Below, piece after piece: positions 44,936 to 57,550 of a stretch of DNA of 64,000 bases. Every line of letters begins with the position of its first letter. The first letter of the stretch is position 1. This DNA is from Asterias rubens (lineage: Eukaryota). The stretch spans positions 9,486,001 through 9,550,000 of the forward strand of contig NC_047063.1 of assembly GCF_902459465.1 (NCBI RefSeq). Direction: 5' to 3'. The notes under the pieces are model-generated. The model was not told the DNA's origin. It saw only the letters and a program-made list of their open reading frames with translations, and searched no databases. Position numbers and translations under genes: made by a program.

Positions 44936-45008
44936 TGACTAAAGTAGGACTCGAACCAACAACCTCCGGATTAACATGCCGGCACTCTACCAACTGAGCT
45001 ATCTAGCC
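44936..45008 (-). mobile_element. tRNA-Asn(GTT)-like sequence within a dispersed repeat (second copy at 61431-61496, +)
   Basis: 73-nt cloverleaf-like sequence with mismatches; both flanks are shared between copies. Confidence 0.6.
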
Positions 45009-45424
45009 CTATGTGGGCGGTGTCCCTATTTTGTCAATATCTTTGTTCGGGGGCAGTCAGAAGCCATACAACCGTTGCCCACCATGTTGCCATGTAGGGA
45101 TCACACCCAAATAACGATACAACCTGGGAAGCGACAGCCAGGGGATCACCTCAAGGGGATGCGTCTGGGAGATGGCCAATTGATGATTGTTTTCTGTTGA
45201 AATAGTTATTTATGGGATTTTTTGTTTTTAATCTTCCAAATCTGTTAAAAAGGGCCGGGGGTTGGAGGGGGGGGGGGGGGGGGGGGGGAGGGGAGCGCGG
45301 GGCCGGGGACTTGGCATACATGGAAGACACTATGGTCATTGACGGTCGTTGACAAAGGTTTTCGAAAGTTGGTGCTAGCACCAATTCGGTGCTGGCACGA
45401 ATATTGAATGCGCTGAAGTCAAAA

Positions 45425-45438
45425 TCAAACATGGCGGC
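45425..45438 (+). promoter_or_regulatory. YY1-like motif overlapping the SUCLG2 start codon
   Basis: CAAACATGGCGGCC resembles the YY1 consensus AANATGGCG. Confidence 0.4.
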
Positions 45439-48400
45439 CTCCATTACGCGTGTTCTTCAGAGATTGCAGCAAAAAACAGCTGTTCCCCTTCTAAAAAAAC
45501 AGGTACAGTAGGTTTGCAATATGAAGACAAAAACTGTAGTGTTATTACTGCAAAGCAGCATCCCCAGTGTACACACATTTCACAAATGGAAAAACTAATT
45601 TTATTATTTTACACTTTAGAAATGAGAGTTAGTAACTTTAGTCAAATTAGTGTTAATTAATTAAGACTTTAAGTAACACTTTTTAACGCAATAACCTTTT
45701 AATCTTAGCCATACTCAGCCTAACATTCCTAGGGGGCCTAGGCTAGGCCTATTTGTTTAAAGCAATTTTTTTAAATACACTTTCGAAACAGAACAAAATT
45801 TACAAATAACTTACAGGGTTTACAGAAGGTAATATTAAAAGACTTCTCTTGAAATAATATTCCATGAAAAATGCTTTACTTTTGAGAAAACATTAAACAA
45901 TTATCAATTCTCGACATCGAGAATTACAAATTTATATAGTAAACACATATCATGACACGTAGAAACGTGCGGAAACAAGGGTGGGTTTTCCTGTTATTTT
46001 CTCCTGACTCCAATGACCGATTGAGCCTAAATTTTCACAGGTTTGTTATTTTATATAAAAGTTGTTGTGATACACGAAGTGTGGGCCTTGGACAACACTG
46101 CTTACCAAAAGTGTCCACTGGCTTTAATGCTAAACATGCTAAATAATAGGGGTCTACGTGAATATTTTTTATTATTGCATGATTAATTTATTCCTCCATG
46201 AGTGAATTGAAGTTTGTTCGCAATGGTACCGGACCTTTATACCCTGGACTCTGTCACGTTGCCTGCAACGGAGGAGTCCAACCTGGGCTAGGCCTAGTGA
46301 ATAGGGCTAGAGTGGTGCCCCACCAAGTGGCACCACCAGCAGTTTTTTTTTTTTGGCAAGTACTCTGCTCTGCGGCGAATGCTGCTTTTTGGGTAACTTT
46401 CCATATTCTGCCATGCCTGCCATCCAACAATTTTTTTAAGGTATCAATAATCAGGCCTGGCTGTGTTCCCTAGATCAGCAAAGCTGAGAACGACATTTAT
46501 AATAAATGGACAAGCAATTCAAGGATTTTTAGTTGAAGAAACAATTTTGTTTGTTTCCTAACAGTCATTAGCAGCCTCAGTGGTTCCAGTTCGATGTCTG
46601 AATCTTCAGGAATACCAGAGTAAGAAGTTGATGTCAGATTATGATGTCACGGTTCAGAGGTTTCGTGTTGCCGATAATCCACCGGATGCAGTGAGAGAAG
46701 CAAAAGCTCTGGGTAAGTTAGGAGTGCGTTTTGGCGACCCCAACCTAAGCCCAACTGAGTCAACAAGCCTGATACCGGTTGGTCTGCACAGCATCGTCAT
46801 CGCGCTCAACCGAACATGCAAAAATGCTCAACCGCTAATAATAACAATAATAATAATAACTGTATTTATAACGCAACTTTTGCCAAAGGATACAAAGCGC
46901 CAGGTATTATTACTGCAAGGAATTGGACGAAGTTTGAGATATAAGACCTAATCCTTAGCACCATGTAATGGTTTACAAGGTGCTTATGCAATATGATGCC
47001 AATCCAGCCAGGAACACCGGGGCGAACCCCTTCTCTTTTCGATAAGTGCACTGGGTTCTTTTACATGCGTTTACACAACACATGGGACCAACGGCTTTAC
47101 GTCCCATCCGAAGGACGAAGCAATGGTTATGTGTCTTGCTTAAGGACACAAGTGTCACGGCTGGGGATTCGAACCCACACTCTGCTGATCAGAAACACCA
47201 GAGTTTGAATTCGGTGCTCTTAACCTCTCGGCCACGACACTCCCATAAACCGCTGACCAATGTTTCTGGTTGGGGTCACCAAAACGCACTCCAGGTGTAT
47301 TAAATCTGAAATGGCACAATACACTTACACCCATTTCAGACAGGTGCGGTAGAGTCGCACAGAACCAAATAGATTAGGAGAAACTCTAGGTCAGACCCAA
47401 ATACACTTTTGGTTTTAGATAGTGCATTGTTTGCTGTGTGTATAACGCGTCACTTTCCCGTGGTTTCTAGTAAAAATAAGACGTATCAATCAAAAGTTAG
47501 AATCTTTTGAAGGGGTTGTTATACACCTTTATTGTAGACTTGTGGACAAGTCCTTAATGGTCTGCCGTGGTGAGGTAATCGCGTTGTGGCGGTGCTCTCG
47601 CGAGATCACTGCTCTTGCGCGAACTACTAAGAGAGCAATAGTCTCGCGGGGCAAGCAGTCTCGCGAGAATACCGCGGGAATCGCTGAGAGATTCGGAATA
47701 GAGTGGGAACGCTATCACCGCGTAAAATTTAACGACTTGTCCACAAGTCTGCTTATTACCTTTATTGCAGATCCATGTCAAACCCTCATCTTTTACACTG
47801 TTCTTATTCTTTGTATATTCTGGGTACATGAAATCTTTTGTTTGGTCTGATCATGTGACTCCTAGTCAACAAGGACATTTTCTGTTTCATGTAGTCTTAC
47901 ACTCCTCTCTGTTCCTCACAGATGTCAACGAGATTGTTTTAAAGGCTCAGATCCTAGCCGGTGGAAGGGGGAAGGGTACATTCTCCAGTGGATTCAAGGG
48001 AGGGGTACACTTGACGAAAAAGTAAGTAAATAGATTCAAACTCTCAATCTTAATGTACATGTGGTGTGTCTGTGTCTACACAGTAAACCTTATTGACTAC
48101 CAAACAATATCCACTACAGCGAGTTGCAAGATAAACATTTCTGTGGTATTTCGGTTGGCCAGTACCCGCCGTCACCTCGCTTAAGTTTGAATAGATTTGG
48201 CGTTCTTGATGAAAATACTGTGACATCTTTTTAAAAGCTGTTTTGACAACAAGTTAATACTATATTTTATTTATCTGAAACTGTCAGAGGTGACTTTTAC
48301 TGAATCTTTCTTGAAAATGTTGCCATGAATCAGCATTACATGGAGCTGGCCAACTGATGTAATAGACCGATCCATTAAGCTCCGCCCCATTGCGTATTGA

Positions 48401-51400
48401 CCAATCATAACGCAGCGAAGGTATGACAAATTAAGTTCCGACATGCATGCGCGTATGCTTGGCGCACACGGCAAAGTTGTGCAGAAAGGCATTGGAGAGG
48501 CTCACGTGTTCTTGCTCACATGTGCGTCGAGGGGGGATCCTAATGGATTGGTCTATTGCCTATTGAGGATGAATAAAGTTTTTTGAATTGAATTACATTG
48601 ATAAGAAACACTTTTTTTACCCAACCTATTAACAGCCCTGATGAGCTTCTACCAATGGTGTCTCAGATGATTGGGTATAATCTAGTCACTAAACAGACTC
48701 CAAAGGATGGGGTCAAAGTTAAAAAGGTCAGTGTTTGTAGTCCTTAAAAGGATTGTTCTCTTTTATCAATTACCAGTGTTTTTGTGTTTGTGTTTTTTTG
48801 TTTTTATGTTTTTGTGTGTGGATATTTTCCAACAGCTCTCTGTCCATTATGCCTATTCCGTGTGAGTGATTTACTAGGATTTGTCCTTATTTTACTACAA
48901 TCTAACACCATAACTCAACACCCAGTTGGTTTGAATCTGTTTATGTTGTATCTCCTAACATTTTCCCTCACATTTCGCGCAAGTTTAAATCTGTCTAAAT
49001 GCCACATCTCACCGTCTAGTAGCCTGGATGTACACACAAAGCTTGCGTTTAGAAAATGTGTACTGTAGTAGCCTGGATGTACACACAAAGTTTGCGTTTA
49101 GAAAATGTGTTTAAGTATGGAGCATTTTCTTGCTAGAAACAACATTTTTTGCAAAATCGCGAGACAAAGTTTTTGCGCCGACCCGACGGATTCTCCTTTT
49201 CATGTTTGTGCTTGTTCCATGTTTGTGTGTAGGTGATGGTGGCCGAGGCCTTGGATATTTCCCGGGAGACGTACGTGGCCATCTTGATGGATCGGGAGAT
49301 GAACGGCCCGGTCTTGGTTGGTAGTCCAGAGGGAGGGATGGACATAGAAGAAGTGGCAGAGAAAACACCAGAGCTTATATTTAAGGTTTGTAAAGTCTCA
49401 AGGTGTGACGTTTCCATCAGTTCACGCCCTTCATGGGGAGCTCGATCCTTTTCACACTCTGGCCCATCACTATGGAACAAACTCCCCCCCTAAACTCCGA
49501 CAAATCACTACCTATTCCAGCTTCAAAACCCATTTGATAAGTTATTTTTGTGCTTAACCATACTCTTTGCAATCTGGCTTTGGCATCTCTCCTGCGCCAG
49601 GAGTGTCTTTTAGACAGACATGGCGCAGTATAAATTACCACTATTATTATTATTATTATCATTATAGACATACTATGTGAAATTCGCTGAACAGGGCCAA
49701 CATTCATAGAGCTGCAAAGCAGAAAATATTGCTGAACAATTTTCTGCTGTAAGCAGATTTGAGCAGGACACCCGTCACAGAAGGTCAATGAGAATGGTGT
49801 TTGGGCTTGTAGTGTACCCCGTGTGGTTCCTTACTCAAGTTCCCCATAGCTATGCCATTTTTGTAGCACATCACTTGATTGATTTTTGACCAACGCAATT
49901 CACAATCTAATACCATGGCGTATGTAATGCTACAAAAAGTAAGACTATGCCACAAATTAGTTTCTTTGAAATGCTGTTTAATTTTTCTTTTTTCCGGGGA
50001 GTGGTCTAAATGTTTGCATTCCAATCAGTGCCCAATATGTTTGCATTCCTATCAGTGTACAAGCAACAATTCAGATTGCAGTTTCTTAAAGACCTGCTTG
50101 AACGAAATTGTCAAGTCGTGAACTTTGCTGAATTCCACTTAAAATGTTTTTGATGAATAAGGAAATCGAGTCATATGATTATAAATAGGTTTCAATTGTG
50201 TCAAAAAAACAATCATTTTGTATGCCCTTGTCCAGAGCTTTTCTGCGAGATTTGCGAAAAGCCCCGTTACGTAATCACTCTCAAAACGTCATAAGTAGAT
50301 AAAGCCCCTTTGTTGCAGCGTGGATGTATAACAAAGCAAACTCCTACAAATGACGTCAGCGGCATTGTCCTTTGACGCCCGCTCTCAACGGCAGAAGTGT
50401 TTTTAGTTTTTCAAAAAACCTTTAGGTAGGGGCCTGATTTTTTACTCGTTAATTATGAAAAGTTCAGAAGTGTATACATATCAAAATTATGTTAAAATGG
50501 TGAACAAGTGCATTATAAACAAGTAAAAATACCATTTCTGTTGAAAACATTCCGCTCAGGTAGCTGTTTAAGTTTGATTTATTGATTTGTTGGCAGGAAC
50601 CAATAGATATATTTGCTGGACTTACAGATGAGCAGGCAATGAGGATGGCAGACAATCTCAAGTTTAAGGGAGACCTTCAAAAAGAGGTATTTGGACTTTG
50701 AAACCCATATCTGTGTTCGCAGGACTGTATGTTTCATTTGTGAAAGGACAAAAAGGGCACCGAGGCATTTTGTTTGCATGTCTGTCTGTTAATTTTGTTT
50801 CTTTGTTTGTATGTCAGGCTTTTTTTTTTTTACAAACTTCTGCTTATCAAACAGCCCTATCTTTTATCCTGCAAAGTGCTACTTGATGTTATTTTTGCTT
50901 TATTCCATAACTTATGTACTAGTTGTTTTTTTCATAGAAGTATGGAAATAAATGTAAATTAATGGGTCTATGTACTTTTTGTAGGACAAAAAACACAATG
51001 TCCACAGATTTACACTAAACTTACACAGTTTGAAGATAATGATAGTAGAAAGATTCCCTGAAAATATTACGTGCTGAGGTGCTGTAGTTTTTTGGGAAAT
51101 GAGTAAAACAATGTCATGAAAATAGTTTTGGTCTCAAGCTTTCCACTATCATATCTTCAACCCCTGTAAGTTTAATGTAAATCTATGAAAATTTTGAAAA
51201 AGTACCCAAATCCTTTAAAATCTAAATTAAATAGTTGGTCTGGCACCTTCTTTAATTCTGTTTCTGTATCTGTCTAATCATGTCAGCTTTTTTTTATTTT
51301 TGAGAGGATTGTGTTTTTTTTCTCCTACAGGCTGCAGGTCAACTGCAGAATCTATACCAACTATTCCTTGGAGTGGACGCTACACAGGTTGAGATTAATC

Positions 51401-54400
51401 CATTCGGAGAAACACCTGATGGCAAAGGTAAAGCTTAAGAACCAAGCCCAAGACTTAAATTGTTTTAAATTTCAAAACAAACACTGATGTATGATCTTTT
51501 GATTTAGATCAGTCAATCCCATCTTCAAGTTTTTAATAAAAACACCTACAATGAAACCTGTTCAATAAAAACATCTCTAATCAAAACTGGTTTGATAGTT
51601 GCGTTTTAGCGAAAACATTGAAAAACGGCGTATGTTTTGACAAAACTTGTTTGAACATTGATGTTGGGCTTTTTTTATAATAAAAAAATAATAAAAGTAA
51701 TTGCAGTGATTGCAGTGCTCTTCGAATGCTATTTTCTTTCAGACTTGGAAAGAAATTTTTTGCTGGAGATTTGGAAAACTTTCCGCATCCTTTCACCACT
51801 TTTTCACTGTGTTTTACAAAGAGGAATGTCTCATTTGAGTAAATTTTGTACTATTTTATTTCATAACGAATGAAGAAGTGGTTGCAGGATATGGGAACTT
51901 TTCCAGAGATTGTCTATGAGGTATGAGGTCTGTAATCTGTGAGCTTTCAGATTGAGGTTGATCGAATTGTTCCCTCAATAAAACCAATGCAGTAATTGTG
52001 TACAGGAAAGTTTGACCCTCAGCTACAGTAACTAATGGGCGGCATTCCCTTGTTTCTCTCCATGTCCTGTGTTTGTCCTGTGTCCTGGCAAATTTTTACA
52101 ATTCCTTTTTTTCTTTTATTCTTCTAGTGGTCTGCTTCGATGCCAAGGTGAACTTTGATGACAATGCTGAGTTCCGACAGAAAGACATTTTCGCTCTTGA
52201 TGACAAGAATGAGAGTGACCCTCGGGAAGTTGAGGCATCAAAACATAACCTCAACTATATTGGCATGGATGGCAACATTGGCTGTTTAGGTAGGTACCTC
52301 AATTACATTGCCATCTATAGTACTTGTTGAGGTGGGTAACAATAGGCAATCCCTTGATGTCGAGGAAGGTGTTCTCCAAAGATAAGCAAAGTTATTAGGG
52401 TTGAGGTAGCTAGTGCCTAAGGTGACTCCGTCAATGACTTAAAAGTCGGATCCGTGAGCCACATACTCTCAGGCATATGTCACAGTTTGTAGTCATAGGG
52501 ATGGTTGGACCATGGAGATGTCTCTCACGTTCCCTCTCCTTTCGCTGCTGACGCTTAGCGGTTGCCTGAGCTAGAGGATTTGTTTCAAAGCTAGCAGTGC
52601 CTCTGTGCATCAGTTGCCTCCATGAGGCTCGATCTCCTGCCTGATCCTCCCAGGATGCAGTGTTGATGCTATATTTATTGAGGTACCTCATTAACAATGA
52701 AACTGAGGGAAACATTGGCTAGCTCACTCAGTCGGTAGAACAGCTTAGCGTAAATGATAAGGTAGCAGATTTAACCATGGTCTATTAAACTGTCTTTGCC
52801 CACCCGCAATCTAAATTAACCCTGTCATTCTTTCTTCTCTCCATTAGTAAACGGTGCAGGTCTAGCCATGGCAACAATGGACATTATCAAATACCATGGA
52901 GGGGAGCCGGCAAACTTCCTTGATCTTGGAGGAGGTGTTCAGGAACACCAGGTGTTCCAGGCTTTCAAACTTCTTAACTCTGAAGAAAGTGTAAGTGGGA
53001 CTCTGTTTTAAATTTGCTTTAGACATTTTGTTGATATTGAAGTTATGATGATAGACTGTGACAGAATTGTGACAGATATGACTTTGGCTGGATTGTCACA
53101 TCTTCATGTGTTGTGAAGTAATAATAACTTTCGATTTATATAGAGCCTAATAACTAACACTTAATTCTCTAAGCGCTTAAACAAATTCTTATATAGCGCA
53201 TTTCACAATAACCATATCAATGCGCTTTACATTAGTGCCCTGGTCATAGGGCCAATAACATCCCTTTTTAATGTTTCTCAGCTCCCTTGGGAGTATACAA
53301 CCTGGGCAACAGTTTATATCGCTCCGCAGGCTTTTTCATTCACAATATCAACCTCTACCCTCGCAGGTTCCCATTTATTCCCCTGGGTGAAGAGAAGCAA
53401 TTATAGTAAAGTATCTTGCTCAAGGACACAAGTGTCACGACCGGGATTCGAACCCACACTCCAGTGAATTCGCACCAGAACTTGAATTCGATGCTCTTAA
53501 CCACTCGGCCATGACACTCTACAACTTTCTTGGCAACACCCCTAGTACATTCATTAACCACTGCCCTAGTCGCCCAGTCCTGGAATGACACGCAGGCCAC
53601 AGAGACCATGGCCTCGGTTGCCCATGGTCTTGGCCTTGGAGCCCATTCAAAGGCTTCAAATGATTTTCCAATGGAAGTGCCCTTTTGCAAAATGAAAATG
53701 GCCTTGTCTTTTCAAAGATGAATTTTCAGGCCTGGTCGCCAACATACTACCTTATTGTTTTTTATAATGTGGTATGTCTGTCATGAATGAATTCCCTGGT
53801 GCCAAATTATCAAACCAGGTGGAGATTGTTTAAAAGAATGATTTTAAGAGAGGAAGCAACCATAATGAAACACATTGATAGGAATATGGCATGAGGTGGT
53901 GCAAATTGCTACCAAACCATGCTAGTAACATGGTAAGCCCCTGCTCTGTGTAGAACGTGTACTGGTAGCCCTATATAGGACTCTTTCTCTGTACACAGGA
54001 ACCGAGTCCTAACTATTGAGGCCCGTTTCTGGGGCGGAAAAATTTCACAGCTTCATAACTTAAATCTTACCTGCAACAAGCCACTAATTTCAACAGATTC
54101 ACATTCCATGGCGGCATACATTTTTCTGCGGTGGGTTTTGGTCCTCATATTTTCCTCACAAATCCGTAATTTTTGTGAAATAATGCAGCTTCCAACGTTA
54201 AAAAATTCCTGTTTACAGTGTTGTCTGTTGTCGTGCGTACGCGTATACATTCGCGTACACGACGCATGATGCAAGCTTAGACGCATGAATTCTTGCTCAC
54301 CGTTTCTTTACTGCACAGCGTTAACAACACAATTCAAAATTTGCGCGTCGTGCGTCTTGCGTACACACGGCAGACTGTGAGAGTACGAAAAAAAATGGGA

Positions 54401-55860
54401 ATTTTGTAACGTTGGGAGCTGCATTATTTCATGAAAATTACGGATTTGTGAAGAATATATGACGATCAAAACCCACCTCAGAAAAACATATGCTGCCATG
54501 GAATGTGAATCTGTTGAAATTGGTGCTTTCTTGCAGGTAAGATTTGAGTTATGAAGCTGTGGAAATTTTCCGCCCCAGAAATGTACCCTGATGTCCAGGA
54601 CGTCACTGTAGTACAGTACGAAAGTGTAAGGCCGCCAGGGCTAGTGTACTGGGTTCTATTTTTGTTTGCATTAAACAACACAATGGACCTTTGGATTTAC
54701 TTTCCAAGGAGAAAGCAGTGTCTTGCTTAAGGACACAAGACTACAGCCACGTAATGTTATATTCAAAGCATGTCCATCTGGCCCACAACGTTAAATGATC
54801 GATGTGATTTAAAATACATCTATAAAGAAATTCTGTGTTATCAAATTATAATGTCCTACGAAAGATTATTTCTGTTTGCTGTGTTAGAATTTCAGTCTGT
54901 TATAATACAAATAACTGCAATTAGATGTTTTTTTTACCTTTGTTATTTTCTACTATCCAAGGTGAAAGCCATCCTAGTCAATATATTTGGCGGTATTGTG
55001 GACTGTTCCATTATTGCCAAGGGAATCACATCTGCTTGCAGGGGCATGGATTTGAAGGTTCCTGTTGTGGTACGCTTAGCAGGTGAGCCTTTCTAATCAA
55101 TGTACCTCTTAAATTATTAATTTACTGAGCAGTAAGCACCCCCCCCTCCCAGAAAGGAAAAAAAAATAAATAAAAAAAAATCACCACCCTCAGATAAAAT
55201 GGACTCCTCCGTGCAGTCTCACTGGCCGCCAACTAGCAGCTTTTAGCTAGCTATCAATAACCATGTAATCCCAATCATGTACCTACATTCGTACAGGTAT
55301 GTTTACTTTGCTGTTTGCACAATGATTTTGGGTTTTATATGACTTGCATTATGAGAGTCGAATGAGATTATTAATGTAGGTGACCTGTACACCTTCCAAG
55401 CCCCTGGTTTTTGCAAACACTCTTGGCCCACATTCACTTATTTCATAGTTCCTACTTACGGTTTCTGGATCGAAAGTAACCAAGTACTGCATTAATACCC
55501 ACCACTAACAAATGCACTCTATTTCATTTTGTGGCAGTGTCAAAAATGTCAACAATTGAAAAGTAACCGGCATTTCCAAAAAGCATTGCGAACACCTCAG
55601 AAATGTTTTCCCTTCCCCACTTTACTTCATCCACTGGAAGTTGTTTGAAAACCTTTGTCCATTGATATTTAAACAATGCAATATTTAAAACAAAACCTTA
55701 TGCACTGTAAAATTAAACGCAAAAATCTAACGCCTCACTGTTTTTTCTTGAAGGTTACAATGTCGTACCAGCCATGAAGATATTGAAGGACAGTGGTCTG
55801 CCAATCCAGACAGCACTAGACTTTGAGGATGCTGCTGTAAAGGTTGTGGGATCTGTGTAA
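45431..55860 (+). CDS. SUCLG2: Succinate-CoA ligase [GDP-forming] beta subunit, mitochondrial (~427 aa)
   Basis: 11 exons: 45431-45502, 46565-46712, 47922-48021, 48636-48726, 49233-49385, 50597-50686, 51331-51427, 52128-52289, 52848-52990, 54962-55082, 55754-55860. Motifs [55 protein letters not shown]. Confidence 0.95.
46930..47240 (-). mobile_element. tRNA-headed SINE, Deu/Nin-like core
   Basis: The minus strand starts GTGTCGTGGCCGAGAGGTTAAGAGC..GGTTCGAATCCC; ATT-repeat tail nearby. Confidence 0.75.
47537..47750. mobile_element. CpG-rich MITE
   Basis: TIR GACTTGTGGACAAGTC / GACTTGTCCACAAGTC. Confidence 0.7.
49420..49662 (+). mobile_element. L2/CR1-group LINE 3' end
   Basis: [20 protein letters not shown]-type C-terminus followed by an (ATT)n tail. 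Confidence 0.65.
52436..52700 (-). mobile_element. RTE-clade LINE 3' fragment
   Basis: [29 protein letters not shown], the C-terminal zinc knuckle typical of RTE ORF2. Confidence 0.8.
53170..53519 (-). mobile_element. tRNA-headed SINE with a different core
   Basis: Same head family as 47160-47240; body CCCATTTATTCCCCTGGGTGAAGAGA..GTAAAGTATCTTGCTCAAGG. Confidence 0.7.
54021..54590. mobile_element. Long-TIR (foldback-like) non-autonomous element
   Basis: ~190-bp imperfect inverted repeats, TTTCTGGGGCGGAAAA..TTTTCCGCCCCAGAAA. Confidence 0.8.
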
Positions 55861-57550
55861 AGGATGTCAGCCTTCATTGTGTCTTCTTGTCTGCAGCTGA
55901 TGCAAAAGATAAATAAACAATTCTTCCTTTATAATCATGGAGCTTATTGCAGGAATCTGGATTGTTGATGATGGGAGATGCATATTGTTGTGTCAGTGCA
56001 AAAACGTATCTCCATTTTGCAAAAGTTTTGTATCTTGCATGAAAATGCTCTCTGCAAATTTGTCAAATACTAATAATAATATCAAAGTCTTATATAGCGC
56101 ACGTATCTACCAAACGAGGTACTCAGGGCGCTGGGTATATACAAACTTTCAGAAAGATAGGTAATTGCAGTGATGAATTCTGAGACCCAATTATGTAGCA
56201 CCTTACAATGTAAGTACATTTGTGGGTTATTTGAAGTGAGATACAACAATTTGAAGATTTCAAACTCACGGGTAACGTTAGTACAAGGTTTTTTCCTGAC
56301 ACAGTGATGTTATAATTTTGACAAAATCATTGAGGAGTGGAAAGTTTAGACCTATTAATAAAATATATATGTTTGGCGTAAACCATCTCGAAAAATTAGT
56401 TATAGATTTTTATTTATTAATTGAAAAAGTATAACAAATATTGCTTGAACTCTTTTAAGATTTTCAAGGTTTTGTGAAATAATGGGGCAATCAAAGTTGA
56501 TGGGAGCCAGATAAACACACAGCTCACTAAACCAGAGGACTAAACACATTACCTGCTTATGACATTTGCATGTACTTTTATCATGGTGTATAAAAATTAT
56601 GAAAATAAATTAAGATTTTCTTACTCCATACCTATATTTACTGGCGGACCTTTTAGATTTTTGTTTGCCCTTAGAAAACAAAAGAAAAACAGAGATTAAA
56701 TTGCCTGAAAATTCTATTAAACTCGTCCCCATGTAAACAAGTAAGTTAGCACTAAAAGAAAGTTCTACTTCTTTCCAAAGGGACCAAATATCATGCCTGG
56801 TAATTAGTGTGTGGTATAATATATTATATTACTCAATAATAAAGGCCCGTTTTGAAAAGAGCAGAACCTATGTATATGGGTCAAACATGGTAGAAATTTG
56901 GATTGAAATAAACACGTAGGAAGAGAGCAAAGTATAGAATGAAGTCGTGTTTTGGTTCCTTATCAGTGTTTGTTTTCTTGGAGACCAAACTACCCTTTTA
57001 ATTTTTACATTTTTAGTTCAACATTGGTATTGTGTGATATGCAAACTTTTTGTTCGGGTTCAGGGCGTGAAAGAGCTAGCTCTCAAACCTAACACAACCA
57101 CAGTCCACACCTTGAATTCCAGCTCCAGAGTGAATCAGATTAACCTGCCCCTCCCACCCTCCCCGCCCCGCCCACCCCAGCTGCCCCGCCCACCCTAGCC
57201 AGAGCTGTCCTCTCTGACCCTAGCTGCCCCGCCCACCCTACCCGCAATGTTGTCAGCAGCCGCCGAATAGCAGTATGAGTTTAATTTGTACACAAACATA
57301 ATAATGTAAATTCAGGGCCCACTTGATTTAAATCTTGCTGCTCAGTCACCTGCACGTGTGTACCGATATATGGAGATTGTGCGGTTTAACAAGATTCGTA
57401 GATTTCTTCGGCACTCTCTCAACGACACGCCGTTGACCGCGTCGCGACGGTCGTTGACAAGGTTCTTTGAAATTTGGTGCTTGCAGCGAACTTTGTTGCT
57501 CTGGCCGGCAATCGGGGCTGCTGTGAATTGAAGGCGTGTGGCATGGGAAG

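Noticed and set aside
44936-45008. Functional tRNA-Asn gene
   Set aside because: Anticodon-stem mismatch and atypical loop base; the second copy is deleted and both sit in a dispersed repeat.
46580-46951. 123-aa standalone ORF
   Set aside because: It is SUCLG2 exon 2 read through into intron.
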